34,210 bases of DNA, taken from positions 248,001 to 282,210 of the forward strand of contig CAZWDO010000004.1 of NCBI GenBank assembly GCA_964632485.1. The letters are read 5' to 3'. Position 1 is the stretch's first letter. Every line of letters starts with the position of its first letter. Positions 19,116 through 30,000 of this stretch are shown here, one piece after another. Both the position numbers and the translations under genes were made by a program. This DNA comes from an uncultured bacterium (lineage in GTDB: Bacteria > JAGOEH01). The notes beneath the pieces were generated by a model that worked only from the letters and a program-made list of their open reading frames with translations, was not told where the DNA came from and did no database searches.

Positions 19116-21482
19116 ATGTTAAAATTATTAATGCCGATATTTTTTATAATGATGGAGCTATCTTTTACGCAAGGCGCCTGGCTTATCCGGGGGCTTGTCA
19201 GGGATGTTGAGACCGGCCAGGGTCTCGCGGCGGCTAGTATTCAGATTGAAGGTTCTTATAAGGGAGCCATTACCAATGATGACGGGAAATTTTTTCTCAA
19301 TATGGAAAAACTTCCCGCCACTCTGCTGATCCAATATATTGGCTACCATCCCCAAAGTGTCTCCATTGATACCCCGGCGGATAGCGAATGGGTGGTATCC
19401 CTCACACCAGCGCCGATTATCATGCGGGAAATAGTCGTGGATGGAGAAGATCCCGCCATCAAATTAATGCGTAAGGTCATCGCTAAGAAAAAGGAGTGGT
19501 GGATTAACTTGCTCACCTACAAAGCTGAAGCCTATACCCGGATGAACCTGGCAAATGACAGTTCGATTGTTGTGATTAGTGAAACTATTTCCGAGTTGTA
19601 TTGGGATCATACCCAGGGAGCCAGGGAAATCATAAAATCCAAGCGTCAGACAGCAAACCTGGACCCAAAGATGAATTTCGCTGCTGCCATCGATTTTCCT
19701 AATTTTTACCATGATGATATCCAATTGGCAGGATTTCAAATCATCAATGTGATCCACCCCGACGCTTTAAAACATTATCAATTCAAAATAATCGGAGAAC
19801 GCCGTCTCCATGATCAGACAATATATGAACTGTCGGTAAAACCCGGAAACCGTTTGCAGCCTTTATTTGAGGGAACAATCTCGGTCCTTGATGGGGAATA
19901 CGCCCTACTGTCGGTAGATTTGAAACCGGCGGAAAATGTAATTTTTCCCATGCCGATCCAAAAATTCGATGTCTATTATAAACAGCAGTTCAGCAATTTT
20001 GGGGGCGATTTTTGGCTGCCGGTTTCATTAGTAAGTGAAGGCCAATTCAAAATCGGCTTCACCGGTCTCCAATTCCCTCCTTTCTATTATAAGCGAGTCT
20101 ATGAAATCCGGGATTACCAGATCAACCTGGAAATGCCGGACTCTATTTTCAAGCAAGACAAAAAGGTTAGAGTTGACTCAGGGGCGGTTAAAAGTAATTC
20201 GGGATTTGCCACGATCAATGAGACAACGGTTCCTCTTTCCATTGAGGAGGAAGCTGCCTACGAAACGATTGACAGCAATTTATCGATCATTCAGGCCTTT
20301 AAACCGACCGGATTCCTCGCGCGTTTCGCGAAAGTTGAGGTACAGGATAACGATGGGAACTCAACGACCAGTGAATTGAAGGAGAAGAATAAAAAAATTA
20401 AATTCACTTATTCTCCTCAATTGTGGTTCAACCGGGTGGATGGCCTCCATCTGGCTTTAAAAAATTCAGTAAAAATCTTGGATAAAATTAAATTCAAGGT
20501 ATTAGCGGGGTATAATGCCGCTTCCGGTGATTGGTCGTATGGCGGCGGTCTCGAGTTGGGTATAATTAGCTTGGATTATAGTATAAACAGTGATACACGC
20601 TACCAATCTGAGTTGTACCAACGATCTGTGTCAAGTCTGGGCCCGTTGCTGGGATACGATGATTATTATGATTATTATAGGAATGAAAAGCTTAGAAGCA
20701 GTTTCCGCTATAAGGTTTTCAAAATTAATTCCATGTTCGAATTGGGAATCAATAGAGAAATTCACTCCTCAATGGAAAAGAAAACCGATTATAACATATT
20801 GGGACGTAACTATATCCAACGGATTAATCCCGCTATTGATGAAGGCAATCTTCGATCTTTTGATTTGACTTTTCAATATGGTGATAATTTTATTCCTTAC
20901 GGTTTGATGGGACAAAAACGAGCTGTCGTTACAATTGAGCATAGCTCAAAAGACTTGTTAGCTTCCGACTTTTCCTACACAAAATATCAATTGTCAATTG
21001 ATTGGAGATTCAGAACTTTCCTGAAAAGACGGATGTTGTCGAATGCCCTGGACGTAAGGATTGTGGTGGGAACATGTACTGGTAATTTGCCGTTGCAGAA
21101 ATTTGGCATTCTTGAGTCGAGCCGGATGGTTTTTAGCGCGTTTGGAGCGTTCAAATCGGCGACCGGCCGTCCCATTGAGGGAGAAAAGTACTTCGCGGTT
21201 TTCTGGGAGCATAATTTCAGGACGGTACCGTTTGAACTCCTGGGGATGATGGGAATCGCGCGCAAAGGGACGGAGATTATTTTGCATGGCGGCTCTGGGC
21301 GGACTTGGATAAATAAAGACCGTTTGAGTCAAATGGGATATCTGCCCCGCTATCGGGATGGTTTCCAGCATGAAATTGGGTTATCAATTAACAAAATATT
21401 CAATATTATTCGATTGGATTTGACAGTACGGCTGGATCAGAGTGGTTTTTTTATTACCTTCAGCGCTCCCCGTTTTTTTTAA
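19116..21482 (+). CDS. Outer-membrane protein with carboxypeptidase-regulatory-like N-terminal domain (DUF5686-type)
   Basis: IRGLVRDVETGQGLAAASI...ITNDDGKF...YIGY N-domain; FNRVDG; beta-strand-rich C-terminus ending in Phe. ATG 19116 preferred over TTG 19098. Confidence 0.8.
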   Translation: MLKLLMPIFFIMMELSFTQGAWLIRGLVRDVETGQGLAAASIQIEGSYKGAITNDDGKFFLNMEKLPATLLIQYIGYHPQSVSIDTPADSEWVVSLTPAPIIMREIVVDGEDPAIKLMRKVIAKKKEWWINLLTYKAEAYTRMNLANDSSIVVISETISELYWDHTQGAREIIKSKRQTANLDPKMNFAAAIDFPNFYHDDIQLAGFQIINVIHPDALKHYQFKIIGERRLHDQTIYELSVKPGNRLQPLFEGTISVLDGEYALLSVDLKPAENVIFPMPIQKFDVYYKQQFSNFGGDFWLPVSLVSEGQFKIGFTGLQFPPFYYKRVYEIRDYQINLEMPDSIFKQDKKVRVDSGAVKSNSGFATINETTVPLSIEEEAAYETIDSNLSIIQAFKPTGFLARFAKVEVQDNDGNSTTSELKEKNKKIKFTYSPQLWFNRVDGLHLALKNSVKILDKIKFKVLAGYNAASGDWSYGGGLELGIISLDYSINSDTRYQSELYQRSVSSLGPLLGYDDYYDYYRNEKLRSSFRYKVFKINSMFELGINREIHSSMEKKTDYNILGRNYIQRINPAIDEGNLRSFDLTFQYGDNFIPYGLMGQKRAVVTIEHSSKDLLASDFSYTKYQLSIDWRFRTFLKRRMLSNALDVRIVVGTCTGNLPLQKFGILESSRMVFSAFGAFKSATGRPIEGEKYFAVFWEHNFRTVPFELLGMMGIARKGTEIILHGGSGRTWINKDRLSQMGYLPRYRDGFQHEIGLSINKIFNIIRLDLTVRLDQSGFFITFSAPRFF

Positions 21483-21565
21483 GGCAATCATTGCCGCAAG
21501 TAAAGCGAAAAGAGCGTTTTAAAATCGTTAAAATAATGTAACTTTTAAAAATTATGCTTTTCCCC

Positions 21566-21594
21566 TTGCTAATTTCCACGAAACATTTTAATAT
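21566..21594 (+). promoter_or_regulatory. Possible sigma70-type promoter of the FIST-kinase operon
   Basis: TTGCTA (21566-21571), 17 nt, TAATAT (21589-21594) in an AT-rich spacer; motif-only evidence. Confidence 0.3.
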
Positions 21595-21648
21595 ACTAAT
21601 GGTAGTCCATTTCAATTTCAATTTTCATTTCAATTAATGAGGTTATAA

Positions 21649-22797
21649 ATGAGAAGTTTATGTTCATTCATTCAGACTCCCGATTCCTATGAAGCAGGAA
21701 TAGAGACAGCGGAACGATTGAAGCGTATTAGCCCAGAAGTCGTCATTATTTTCTTTTCAATTCATTATTCATTTGAAGAGTTTTTTACTGCTTTTTATAG
21801 TGTGATTCCTAAAGAGAGTGTAATAATCTGGGGAGGGACAGGGGATGGGATTTATTCTCCCCAAGGCATTTTCAATAATGGGATAAGCGCTGTGGGAGTC
21901 AACTCGGAAGGAAAGATCAATTGGACAGCCGCAATTTGCGATGATATCAATCTAAGTTCCTCGGCCCGGGCGCGCTCCTGTATTGATAGCGTGATAAAAA
22001 ATGCGGAATCGCCCATTAAAACAGGAGTGGTTTTATCAGATTTTATCAATGACGGTGTTGAAATCGCTGATAGTATCAGCTCAAAAATTGAGGTCCCCTT
22101 TGTCGGAGGATTGACGGGAGATGATTGGCAGTTTAAAAACGGTTTTGTTGTGTTAAATGGTCAGTTTTATCAAAATGTTGTTTCATTTTTGGGTCTAAGC
22201 GGCGAATTCAGTTTTGCCTGCAATTGCGCCAGTGGTTGGAAGCCGATTGGAAGAGTTGGGATAGTTAAAGAGTCTGATAGAAATGTAGTTAAATATATAG
22301 ATGATGAAACCGCTTATGGCTTTATGGAAGAGGAATTTGGATTGCCGCCAAGTGAAGCGGAGCTGGGGGTCATTCCGTTTGCTTCTTATGATGAGACTGG
22401 ACACTTTTTTTTAAGAACATCATCGAAAATTGATATGGAATCCGGATTTATCACCTGTTTTGGTTCCATTCCCGCGAACACCAAGGTCCAGGTTTGCAAT
22501 GCGACCAAACAGGACGTTATCGATGGCGCGGAAAAATGCTTGCAGGATCTGAATCTTCGTCAAATAAAACCAATTTTTGGGGTAGTAGTAAGTTGCGGTG
22601 GGCGAAAATGGATACTCCAGGACGATATTCGCAGGGAAATTGAGCTTGTGAAAGAAAAATTCGGTTCCGATTTTCCTTTTGCCGGATTTGCTTCATTCGG
22701 TGAATTCGGATCCTTCATGCTGGATAATGAAAAATATACGCGATCCTATTTTCATAATGTTTCTTTTTCAGTTTTAATCATTGGAGAAAAAATTTGA
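21649..22797 (+). CDS. FIST-domain sensory protein (NosP-like)
   Basis: FVGGLTGDD, ASGWKPIG, VSCGGR, GFASFGE and YFHN are FIST_N/FIST_C motifs; GAGG RBS. Confidence 0.9.
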   Translation: MRSLCSFIQTPDSYEAGIETAERLKRISPEVVIIFFSIHYSFEEFFTAFYSVIPKESVIIWGGTGDGIYSPQGIFNNGISAVGVNSEGKINWTAAICDDINLSSSARARSCIDSVIKNAESPIKTGVVLSDFINDGVEIADSISSKIEVPFVGGLTGDDWQFKNGFVVLNGQFYQNVVSFLGLSGEFSFACNCASGWKPIGRVGIVKESDRNVVKYIDDETAYGFMEEEFGLPPSEAELGVIPFASYDETGHFFLRTSSKIDMESGFITCFGSIPANTKVQVCNATKQDVIDGAEKCLQDLNLRQIKPIFGVVVSCGGRKWILQDDIRREIELVKEKFGSDFPFAGFASFGEFGSFMLDNEKYTRSYFHNVSFSVLIIGEKI

Positions 22798-24788
22798 AAG
22801 CCGCATATTTTTCATTGATTGGGGATAAATACCCAGGTTTTAAACATAAAACTACCCTTGAAGATTCAGAACTGAGACGTTGTTATTTTGCTTTAATAAC
22901 AGATGACATTGAATCCTTTGCCGCAAAATATGCGAATATTATTCAGAAAATCAAAGGAATTTTACTTATTCCCGGAAAGAAAATTCTGACGGATAAATTG
23001 GGAGAAAATTTGAGAGTGATTTATTTTTCTCCCGCTATGGAAGAAAACTTGTTTCTTCTTGCTGAAATGTATCTGAATTTGCTTGAAGATAGTATAAATT
23101 TACGATCAAATTATGATCTTCTGAGAATCGAATCGGATCGAACACTGATACAATATAAAAGGCTCCAGGGTTTTTACGAATCAGTTCAAGAAAAAACCAG
23201 GAAGGACATTCATTATCAAAACAAGTGGACGATAGGGGCGTTGTTAAAACTGATTGAATTTCGAAACACGGAGCTTTTAAAGAGCGAAATCGAGGATTTT
23301 TTAAAAACAATTCTTACTTTCTTAGCTCAGGGTTATTTTGACTTCAAAGGGGTCGCTTTGATGAAGAATTGTCAATTTGTCCCGGAAATTGTTTTATCTA
23401 TAGGGGATATTGATGAGGCCGTGAAAGAAAAAATTGGATGTAAAAGCGATATTAACTGGATTTCCGTATTTCCGTTAAACATTAGTCTTAGTTGTGAACA
23501 TCTATTAATTGTAGCCAAAAGCAAAGATTACTTTTTCAAAGAGTATGAAAAATCATTTTTTTTACTATTTTCAGAAATTGTAGTCGCTGCCTACAAAGAA
23601 AAGCTTAATGAACAAGCATTATTTATCGCAAAAGAGGATGCAGAATCAGCCAACCGAATGAAAACCCAGTTTATGGCAAATATGAGTCATGAACTGCGCA
23701 ATCCGCTAAACGGGATATTAGGCATGATCGGTCTCATAAAATCATCCGGGCTGAACACGCTCCAGCTGCAGCAGATATCCTTACTTGAGTATTCGTCCAA
23801 CTCGCTCCTGAGCATTATTAATGATCTCCTCGATTTTTCAAGCATAGAAAAAGGCAAATTTAAACTTTGCAACGATATTTTTAACCCAGGGGATCTTTTG
23901 GAAAAAACGATCAATATTTTTAAAATTCCCGCAAATGATAAGGGGCTCAGCCTAAGATTTATCAACAATATTGGATCAGAGTACCGGCTTAAAGGGGATT
24001 CTAACAGATTACAGCAAATATTAATCAATTTTATATCAAATGCGATAAAATATTCTGATCATGGAGAGATTGTAGTGAAACAGGATATCGTTAATGAAAA
24101 TGATGCTGAACTGACCTGCCGATTCAGCGTTTCAGACAACGGAATAGGTATCCCTGAAGATAAATATGAAGCAATTTTTGCGGAGTTTGTTCAGCTTGAA
24201 GAAACCTATTTAAAATCGCATCAGGGCTTGGGATTAGGGCTGGCAATCGTTAAATCGATAGCCCAAATGATGAATGGTAAAATTGATGTAAGAAGTAAGA
24301 TCGATGAAGGAAGTACCTTTTCAATAGATATTCCATTAAAAAAGATTCCGGAGGATGCTGGAAACTTTGCTTCAACTAATTATCCAATAGATAGCTCTAT
24401 GAAGAAATATAAAATTTTGGTTGCTGAAGATGACATTATAAATTTAATCTATCTTGAGCAAGCGTTTCTAAGAGAGGGACATTATGTTGATAAGGCAAAA
24501 AACGGATTAGAAGTATTGAGATTGCTGGACAAGAGGCAATATGATATCATTTTCATGGATATTGGCATGCCAAAAATGAACGGACTGGAATGTATAAAAC
24601 AAATCCGAAAAAGAAATATTAAAATTCCGGCGTTTGCTTTATCAGGATATACCAGCAGCAAGGACATTGAGAGCTTCATTCTGGCGGGTTTTGACAATGT
24701 GTTATCAAAACCCATTACGATAAACAAATTGCTGTCAACAATATCTTCAGCTTCGGAATACTGGGATACAACGAAAGTTGAAATTTAA
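22794..24788 (+). CDS. Soluble hybrid histidine kinase (HisKA, HATPase, REC)
   Basis: FMANMSHELRNPLNG, NFISNAIKYS, DNGIGI, GLGLGLAIV; REC with EDD, DIIFMDIGMP and KP. TTG start overlaps the FIST stop (TTGA). Confidence 0.9.
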   Translation: MKAAYFSLIGDKYPGFKHKTTLEDSELRRCYFALITDDIESFAAKYANIIQKIKGILLIPGKKILTDKLGENLRVIYFSPAMEENLFLLAEMYLNLLEDSINLRSNYDLLRIESDRTLIQYKRLQGFYESVQEKTRKDIHYQNKWTIGALLKLIEFRNTELLKSEIEDFLKTILTFLAQGYFDFKGVALMKNCQFVPEIVLSIGDIDEAVKEKIGCKSDINWISVFPLNISLSCEHLLIVAKSKDYFFKEYEKSFFLLFSEIVVAAYKEKLNEQALFIAKEDAESANRMKTQFMANMSHELRNPLNGILGMIGLIKSSGLNTLQLQQISLLEYSSNSLLSIINDLLDFSSIEKGKFKLCNDIFNPGDLLEKTINIFKIPANDKGLSLRFINNIGSEYRLKGDSNRLQQILINFISNAIKYSDHGEIVVKQDIVNENDAELTCRFSVSDNGIGIPEDKYEAIFAEFVQLEETYLKSHQGLGLGLAIVKSIAQMMNGKIDVRSKIDEGSTFSIDIPLKKIPEDAGNFASTNYPIDSSMKKYKILVAEDDIINLIYLEQAFLREGHYVDKAKNGLEVLRLLDKRQYDIIFMDIGMPKMNGLECIKQIRKRNIKIPAFALSGYTSSKDIESFILAGFDNVLSKPITINKLLSTISSASEYWDTTKVEI

Positions 24789-24938
24789 TCCGTTTCGATG
24801 AGTTTGTCAAGAATTTCGGCTGATACTGCGATTAATTTTTTTAGAATATGATATTTGGCTTGATTATAAATAGCTATTTTTAAATATTTGAAAATCAAAC
24901 ATCCCGTTTACTGAATACTACCAATAAGGAGATTTTCA

Positions 24939-26756
24939 TTGAATCCGAACCATTTTTTTTTGTTTATCCTGGCCTTAATTCTGTTTTGTGATGGGTCGAA
25001 TTACAGTTCATTAATAGCGGGGGAGATGCCTGGAAGAGTTCCCGGGTTTGCCGTAAGTCCGTATTATAATGAACAGGTGGTTACGTTCATGCTTAATCCG
25101 GAAATACGCATCCATATCAATGCACCTTCGGCGGAATCGTTTGATGTCAATAAAAGGGTGGGATTAGCGTTATTCGCCTTGCCGAATGGGAACACGATTG
25201 AACAAACTGTCGGCAAAGTCACCCAGATTGGCGATGACTGGCATTATGATATTCAGCATATTGGCGCCCAGACCCGGTTCCTTCGGCGGAAAATTGTGGA
25301 ATACAACCTGGTGACGGTGTATCTTGAGACGACGCAAAAGAGCTGGCCTGCCTGGAAAGCCCAACATCCGGATTATGCGGAAATTGTGAAACGGACGGTT
25401 GACAATCTCAGATCATATTTTAGAAAATATCAACCGTTTATCATACTCACCGGGCATAGCGGTGGAGGCCGTTTTATTTTTTCGTTTCTGGAGGCGTTTG
25501 CTGAAATCCCTGATTACGTCGAACGTATCTGCTTTCTGGACAGCAATTATGGCTACAATAACTCTTATGGCGCTCAGATAGTCAATTGGTTGAACGCCGC
25601 GCCTAATCATTTTCTGAGCGCGCTCGCCTACAATGATAGCGTGGCGCTTTTTAACGGACGTCCAGTTGTTTCGGATACCGGCGGTACATGGAGTCGAAGC
25701 GGATTGATGCAGCGCTGGTTTTCCAAATTTTTCAAGTTCACCTCTGAGGAAGATAGTGAATTTACCCGCTATACCGCGCTGGACGGGCGAATTCAAATCC
25801 TGTTAAAAAAAAATCCGGAGAGAAGTATCCTGCACACGGTTCAGGTTGAACGGAATGGGTTTATTCATACCATGCTGACTGGCACATCCTTGGAAAACGA
25901 TGGGTACCAATATTTCGGAGAACGGGTGTATATGGATTTGGCGCAGGATGGCGAACTGCCAAAAAGTAATTTTCAGATACCACTTCGCTCTCCGGACGCA
26001 ATGACCGGATCGCAGTTCATGCGCTACATTAATGCAATGAGTTTCCAAGACCGGGAAATGGCGATTTTAAATGAATTGCAAACGGGAAATCTGCCTTACT
26101 TTTTACGCGAATTTAAAACGCTGGAAGCGACATTTAACGACGCGCAAGGTCTTCCGCATCGAGTATCATATCGAGTGATGCCCGATTATCTGGCGATAGG
26201 TTCGGATAGCGATTATTGCCGGATACCCATGGGACCGGGGACAGCGCAACGGACTGCGAATTTTTATGGCGCGAGTTTGCCCACCCGGAAGTTAGTGGAC
26301 CATATTTATCAAAATGCGGAAATCAAGCTGGCGCCGGTGACTATTGCGCCGGTTGGCGACCGGAATGAACGTGTGGCGACATTCCTTGAGCATAATACAG
26401 CCATCGAAGCGCAGCGATTAGCATCAGGCGGCGTTCCGGGGCAGTTGATCGGGGGAATTAAAAAAGATGTTATCCTGAGCGCTAAAATCTGCGATCTCCA
26501 ACGCCCGGGCCATGTGGTTATCTATGGCTGGCATCAATTAAATGGCGAACCTATTCAACCCCTTACTAACATTCATAGCGCTCGTTATGTGGATTACAGT
26601 CACGGGATACGACTGATGGATTCCGAAATCAGGGTAGATGGCGCTGTAAACCAAATTCAGGCAATACTACGTGATGATGTTTTATTTAAACTATTGAGTG
26701 ATGAAAATGAGGCCATGACTCAGCCCATCTATAGCTTAGATAGCATTATCCCGTAA
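24939..26756 (+). CDS. Secreted two-domain protein: alpha/beta-hydrolase-like domain plus uncharacterised C-terminal domain
   Basis: AAGGAG RBS 7 nt before TTG; signal peptide; nucleophile elbow LTGHSGGG; second domain with DYLAIGSD, KKDVILS, IYGWH, YVDYSHGIRL. Confidence 0.75.
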   Translation: MNPNHFFLFILALILFCDGSNYSSLIAGEMPGRVPGFAVSPYYNEQVVTFMLNPEIRIHINAPSAESFDVNKRVGLALFALPNGNTIEQTVGKVTQIGDDWHYDIQHIGAQTRFLRRKIVEYNLVTVYLETTQKSWPAWKAQHPDYAEIVKRTVDNLRSYFRKYQPFIILTGHSGGGRFIFSFLEAFAEIPDYVERICFLDSNYGYNNSYGAQIVNWLNAAPNHFLSALAYNDSVALFNGRPVVSDTGGTWSRSGLMQRWFSKFFKFTSEEDSEFTRYTALDGRIQILLKKNPERSILHTVQVERNGFIHTMLTGTSLENDGYQYFGERVYMDLAQDGELPKSNFQIPLRSPDAMTGSQFMRYINAMSFQDREMAILNELQTGNLPYFLREFKTLEATFNDAQGLPHRVSYRVMPDYLAIGSDSDYCRIPMGPGTAQRTANFYGASLPTRKLVDHIYQNAEIKLAPVTIAPVGDRNERVATFLEHNTAIEAQRLASGGVPGQLIGGIKKDVILSAKICDLQRPGHVVIYGWHQLNGEPIQPLTNIHSARYVDYSHGIRLMDSEIRVDGAVNQIQAILRDDVLFKLLSDENEAMTQPIYSLDSIIP

Positions 26757-26897
26757 TGAAGTCCAGTATTGAGACAAGTGTTTATCAGGAAATGACCAAC
26801 AATCCTCTAAAATTCAGCTTTTGTGTTTAATATCTATGGTAGTTTAATTGAAAGAAAAAAATTGCCGACGAGCGAATTATTAATTGTCAATCTTTAG
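26756..26897 (+). pseudogene. Probable decayed T9SS-type C-terminal domain
   Basis: Two overlapping frames: MKSSIETSVYQEMTNNPLKFSFCV* (26756-26830) and VFNIYGSLIERKKLPTSELLIVNL* (26823-26897). They resemble the linker and the (V/I)YNxxG strand of intact CTDs in this window, with the NYPNPF segment missing. Confidence 0.5.
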
Positions 26898-27077
26898 GTT
26901 CGTTATGGAAATATAATTTTGTTTATAACTGGGCAAAACCCGATAGTGTTTCGGATAAAGAGTTTGCCGATGGAGGGAAAATATTCCGAAAAATATTGAT
27001 TTTCATGCTCATAATAAACCGTAACAGAATTTCAATGATTCGATTTACTCTGATGAAAAACTTACAAGGAGAGAAAA

Positions 27078-30000
27078 ATGAAGCTTGCCAAATTTAGTGT
27101 TGTTGATTTCAGCAAGTTAATGCGATTATTTGTTTTAGGGAGCCTTCTCATGGTTGTTTCCACCCCTTTCATGCGGACATGGGCGGCAAACATTACTGTT
27201 ACGAATGTCGCGGAATTTCAAACCGCCCTGGATGTGGCGGCTTTGAATGGCGCGAACGATACTATTCATGTAGCGGCAGGAATTTATATACCTGCTACCA
27301 CATTGACGTTCTCCTCATGGGAAAATCATTCCCTGACCATCAGCGGAGCCGGAATGGGTTCGACCATACTGGATGGCAATAGCGCAATCCAGCTTTTTTA
27401 TTTGATTACTTCGGAATCGGGGGCTCATTTAACATTGCAAAATATGACCTTCCGAAATGGAAGCAGCGCTTCCGATGGGGGAGCGCTTCATATCGAGACA
27501 ACTTCGGCAGCGATTACCATTCAATACTCGGAATTTGCAGATAATACAGCTCAAACTCTGGGAGGTGGCGCGAATGCGCTAAGCGCCTCCGGAGTTATAT
27601 CCGTTGATAACTGTGTGTTTCGGCGCAATAGCGGCATTGATGACGCCGGAGGATTAAATGCCGGCAATTCCAGCGGATTAATTTCCCTCACCCATAGTCT
27701 GTTTGAAGAGAACATTGTCCCGGGAGTTCATCCTGGAGTGCCGGCAAAGGATGGTGGCGGCGCTATCCTCTATATTGATGGCGAAGGCCAGATTGTAATG
27801 ACGGGCAATACGTTTAATCGAAACGCTGCGGCAGATGGAGGCGGGGGCTGCATGACCTATCTTCTGGGTTCCGGCGTAACTTTGACCATCGATAGTAACA
27901 CCTTTACCGAAAATATAGCTCAATTGGACGGTGGCGGCTGTTTCACCCGGATCAATGACAACGGGACAATAACTTATAATAATAATAGTTTTTCTGGAAA
28001 TTCAACCATAACGGCGGGAGGCGCGGGTACGATGATACATTTAAATGCTGGAATTTTAAATTATTCCGGCAATACCTATGCCGATAATATCGCCGGTGAG
28101 GATGGAGGCGGCGCCTGGATGTGGATCGGTGAAGGGACTATGAGCGTTACCAATAACACGTTCACGGACAACCAAACCGTAAGTAATGGCGGCGGAGCGC
28201 TAATCGCCAATGACCAGGGAACTATCACCCTGGCCAGGAACACCTTTGATTCCAATACGGCGGGCAATGTCGGAGGCGGCCTTTCTTACGCAACGGGCAA
28301 TGGAACTTTAATCCTTTCCCATAATACCTATTATGCCAATCACGCTTCAGAAGGTGGCGGTATCTATTTCTATTTCGATCTCAGCGATGCCCAAACTACC
28401 ATATTTAACAATATTCTCAGGAACGATATTCCTCAGGCAATCGCCATGTCGGGCGCGACTACCACGACCGTTACCTATTCCGATATTGAAAATGGCAGCG
28501 GGGAAGACTGGTTCGGAGTAGGTTGCATTGATGAAGACCCCTTATGGGCCAACCCGGCGAATGGCAATTTTCAACTGACATGGTCGGGTTTTCCGGTGAT
28601 AGACAACACAAAATCTCCCTGCATTGATGCCGGCGATCCGTTTTCCCCCTTTGATCCTGACAATACGGCGGCGGATATGGGCGCGCGCTATTTTCACCAG
28701 GGCGTATTAAATGCTTTTTCGCTGACAATGCCGCCCGACAATTCATTAGTCACTGTATTAACTCCTCAACTGCAATGGAATCATGCCCTTGCCACCGAAA
28801 CAGAGAATGTCGATTATTCGCTCTATTACTGTCGAAATATAGCGTTTGACTCCGCTCAAGCCGTTTGTATCCCCAATATCACTACCAATTCATATACTTT
28901 TTCAGGCGGCTTGACCGATACCAGTAGTTATTATTGGCGGATTCTGGCTAAAATCGGATCTACTCAGCGAAAATGGAGCGCAGAGACCTGGAAATTCAGT
29001 ATCAAAACCGATACGATCCCTCCGGTCTTTTCCAATTGGATAAAAAATCCGAATGATCTGACTGAGGAAACGGCGGGAGCTTTCCAGGTTCAAGTGACTA
29101 TTACCGATAATGGCGTGGGTCTTGGAGATTCCATTCCCAAAATCAGCTATAAAATCGGAAATAACGCTTATTCAGAATGGTTTCCATTGGCTCAATTATC
29201 ATCATCGTCCGACAGAAATTTTTCATTGTTGACAACATCAACAGGGCAATGGCAATATGATATCCCTGAACCTGCGACCGGATGGAACTCTTTTCGCGGA
29301 GATACATTGTACTATAGGGTTCTAAGTTCCGATGCGTATACAAATACGCGAACCAGCCCGGAACAGAAAGAATGGATCAATCGCGTCCTGCGCCCCCCGT
29401 TGATTGCCGAGTTGCCGCAAATTATGTTAGACGAAGATATTAGGGATACCGTTTATTTCAAAGACTGGTTTGACTATATCTCCGATAACCATGATGCCGA
29501 CAGCCAATTAACATGCGCATTGAACTCGGCAAACCTCGGTCTGAAACCGATAACCGCTGGCTATGAGCTGACTCCCCCGGCGGATTGGTTTGGATTGGAT
29601 ACGATGCAGTTAATTGTGACCAATTTAGACAATTTAGCCGACACCGGATCAATCTTAGTAAGAGTTTCATCAATCAACGATTGCCCGGAATTGATGAATC
29701 TGCCGGATTCAATATATTTTCGGCAGGATTCCGCTTGTTCGTTGAAGCTCTGGGATTATGCATCGGATATTGAAACCCCGGACTCATTGTTGATCTATGA
29801 GTTCAACGTTGGAAATGATTCAATTGGGTATAATTTCAATCCTGGAACCGGGATTGTCCAAATCATGTCGAACGGATTCTCAGGGCATACAACATGGGTC
29901 ATCACCGTCAAAGATGACAGTAATGCAACGGTTTCTGATACCATCGCATTAACGGTTTATTCCGTTACTTCAATATTGGAAAACGAGAATGGAAAGCCAT

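Noticed and set aside
26930..26975. c-di-GMP-I riboswitch (GGGCAAA...TTGCCGATGG ends)
   Set aside because: Too short, lacks the GNRA loop and GACGCAAAG core; it is a single hairpin.
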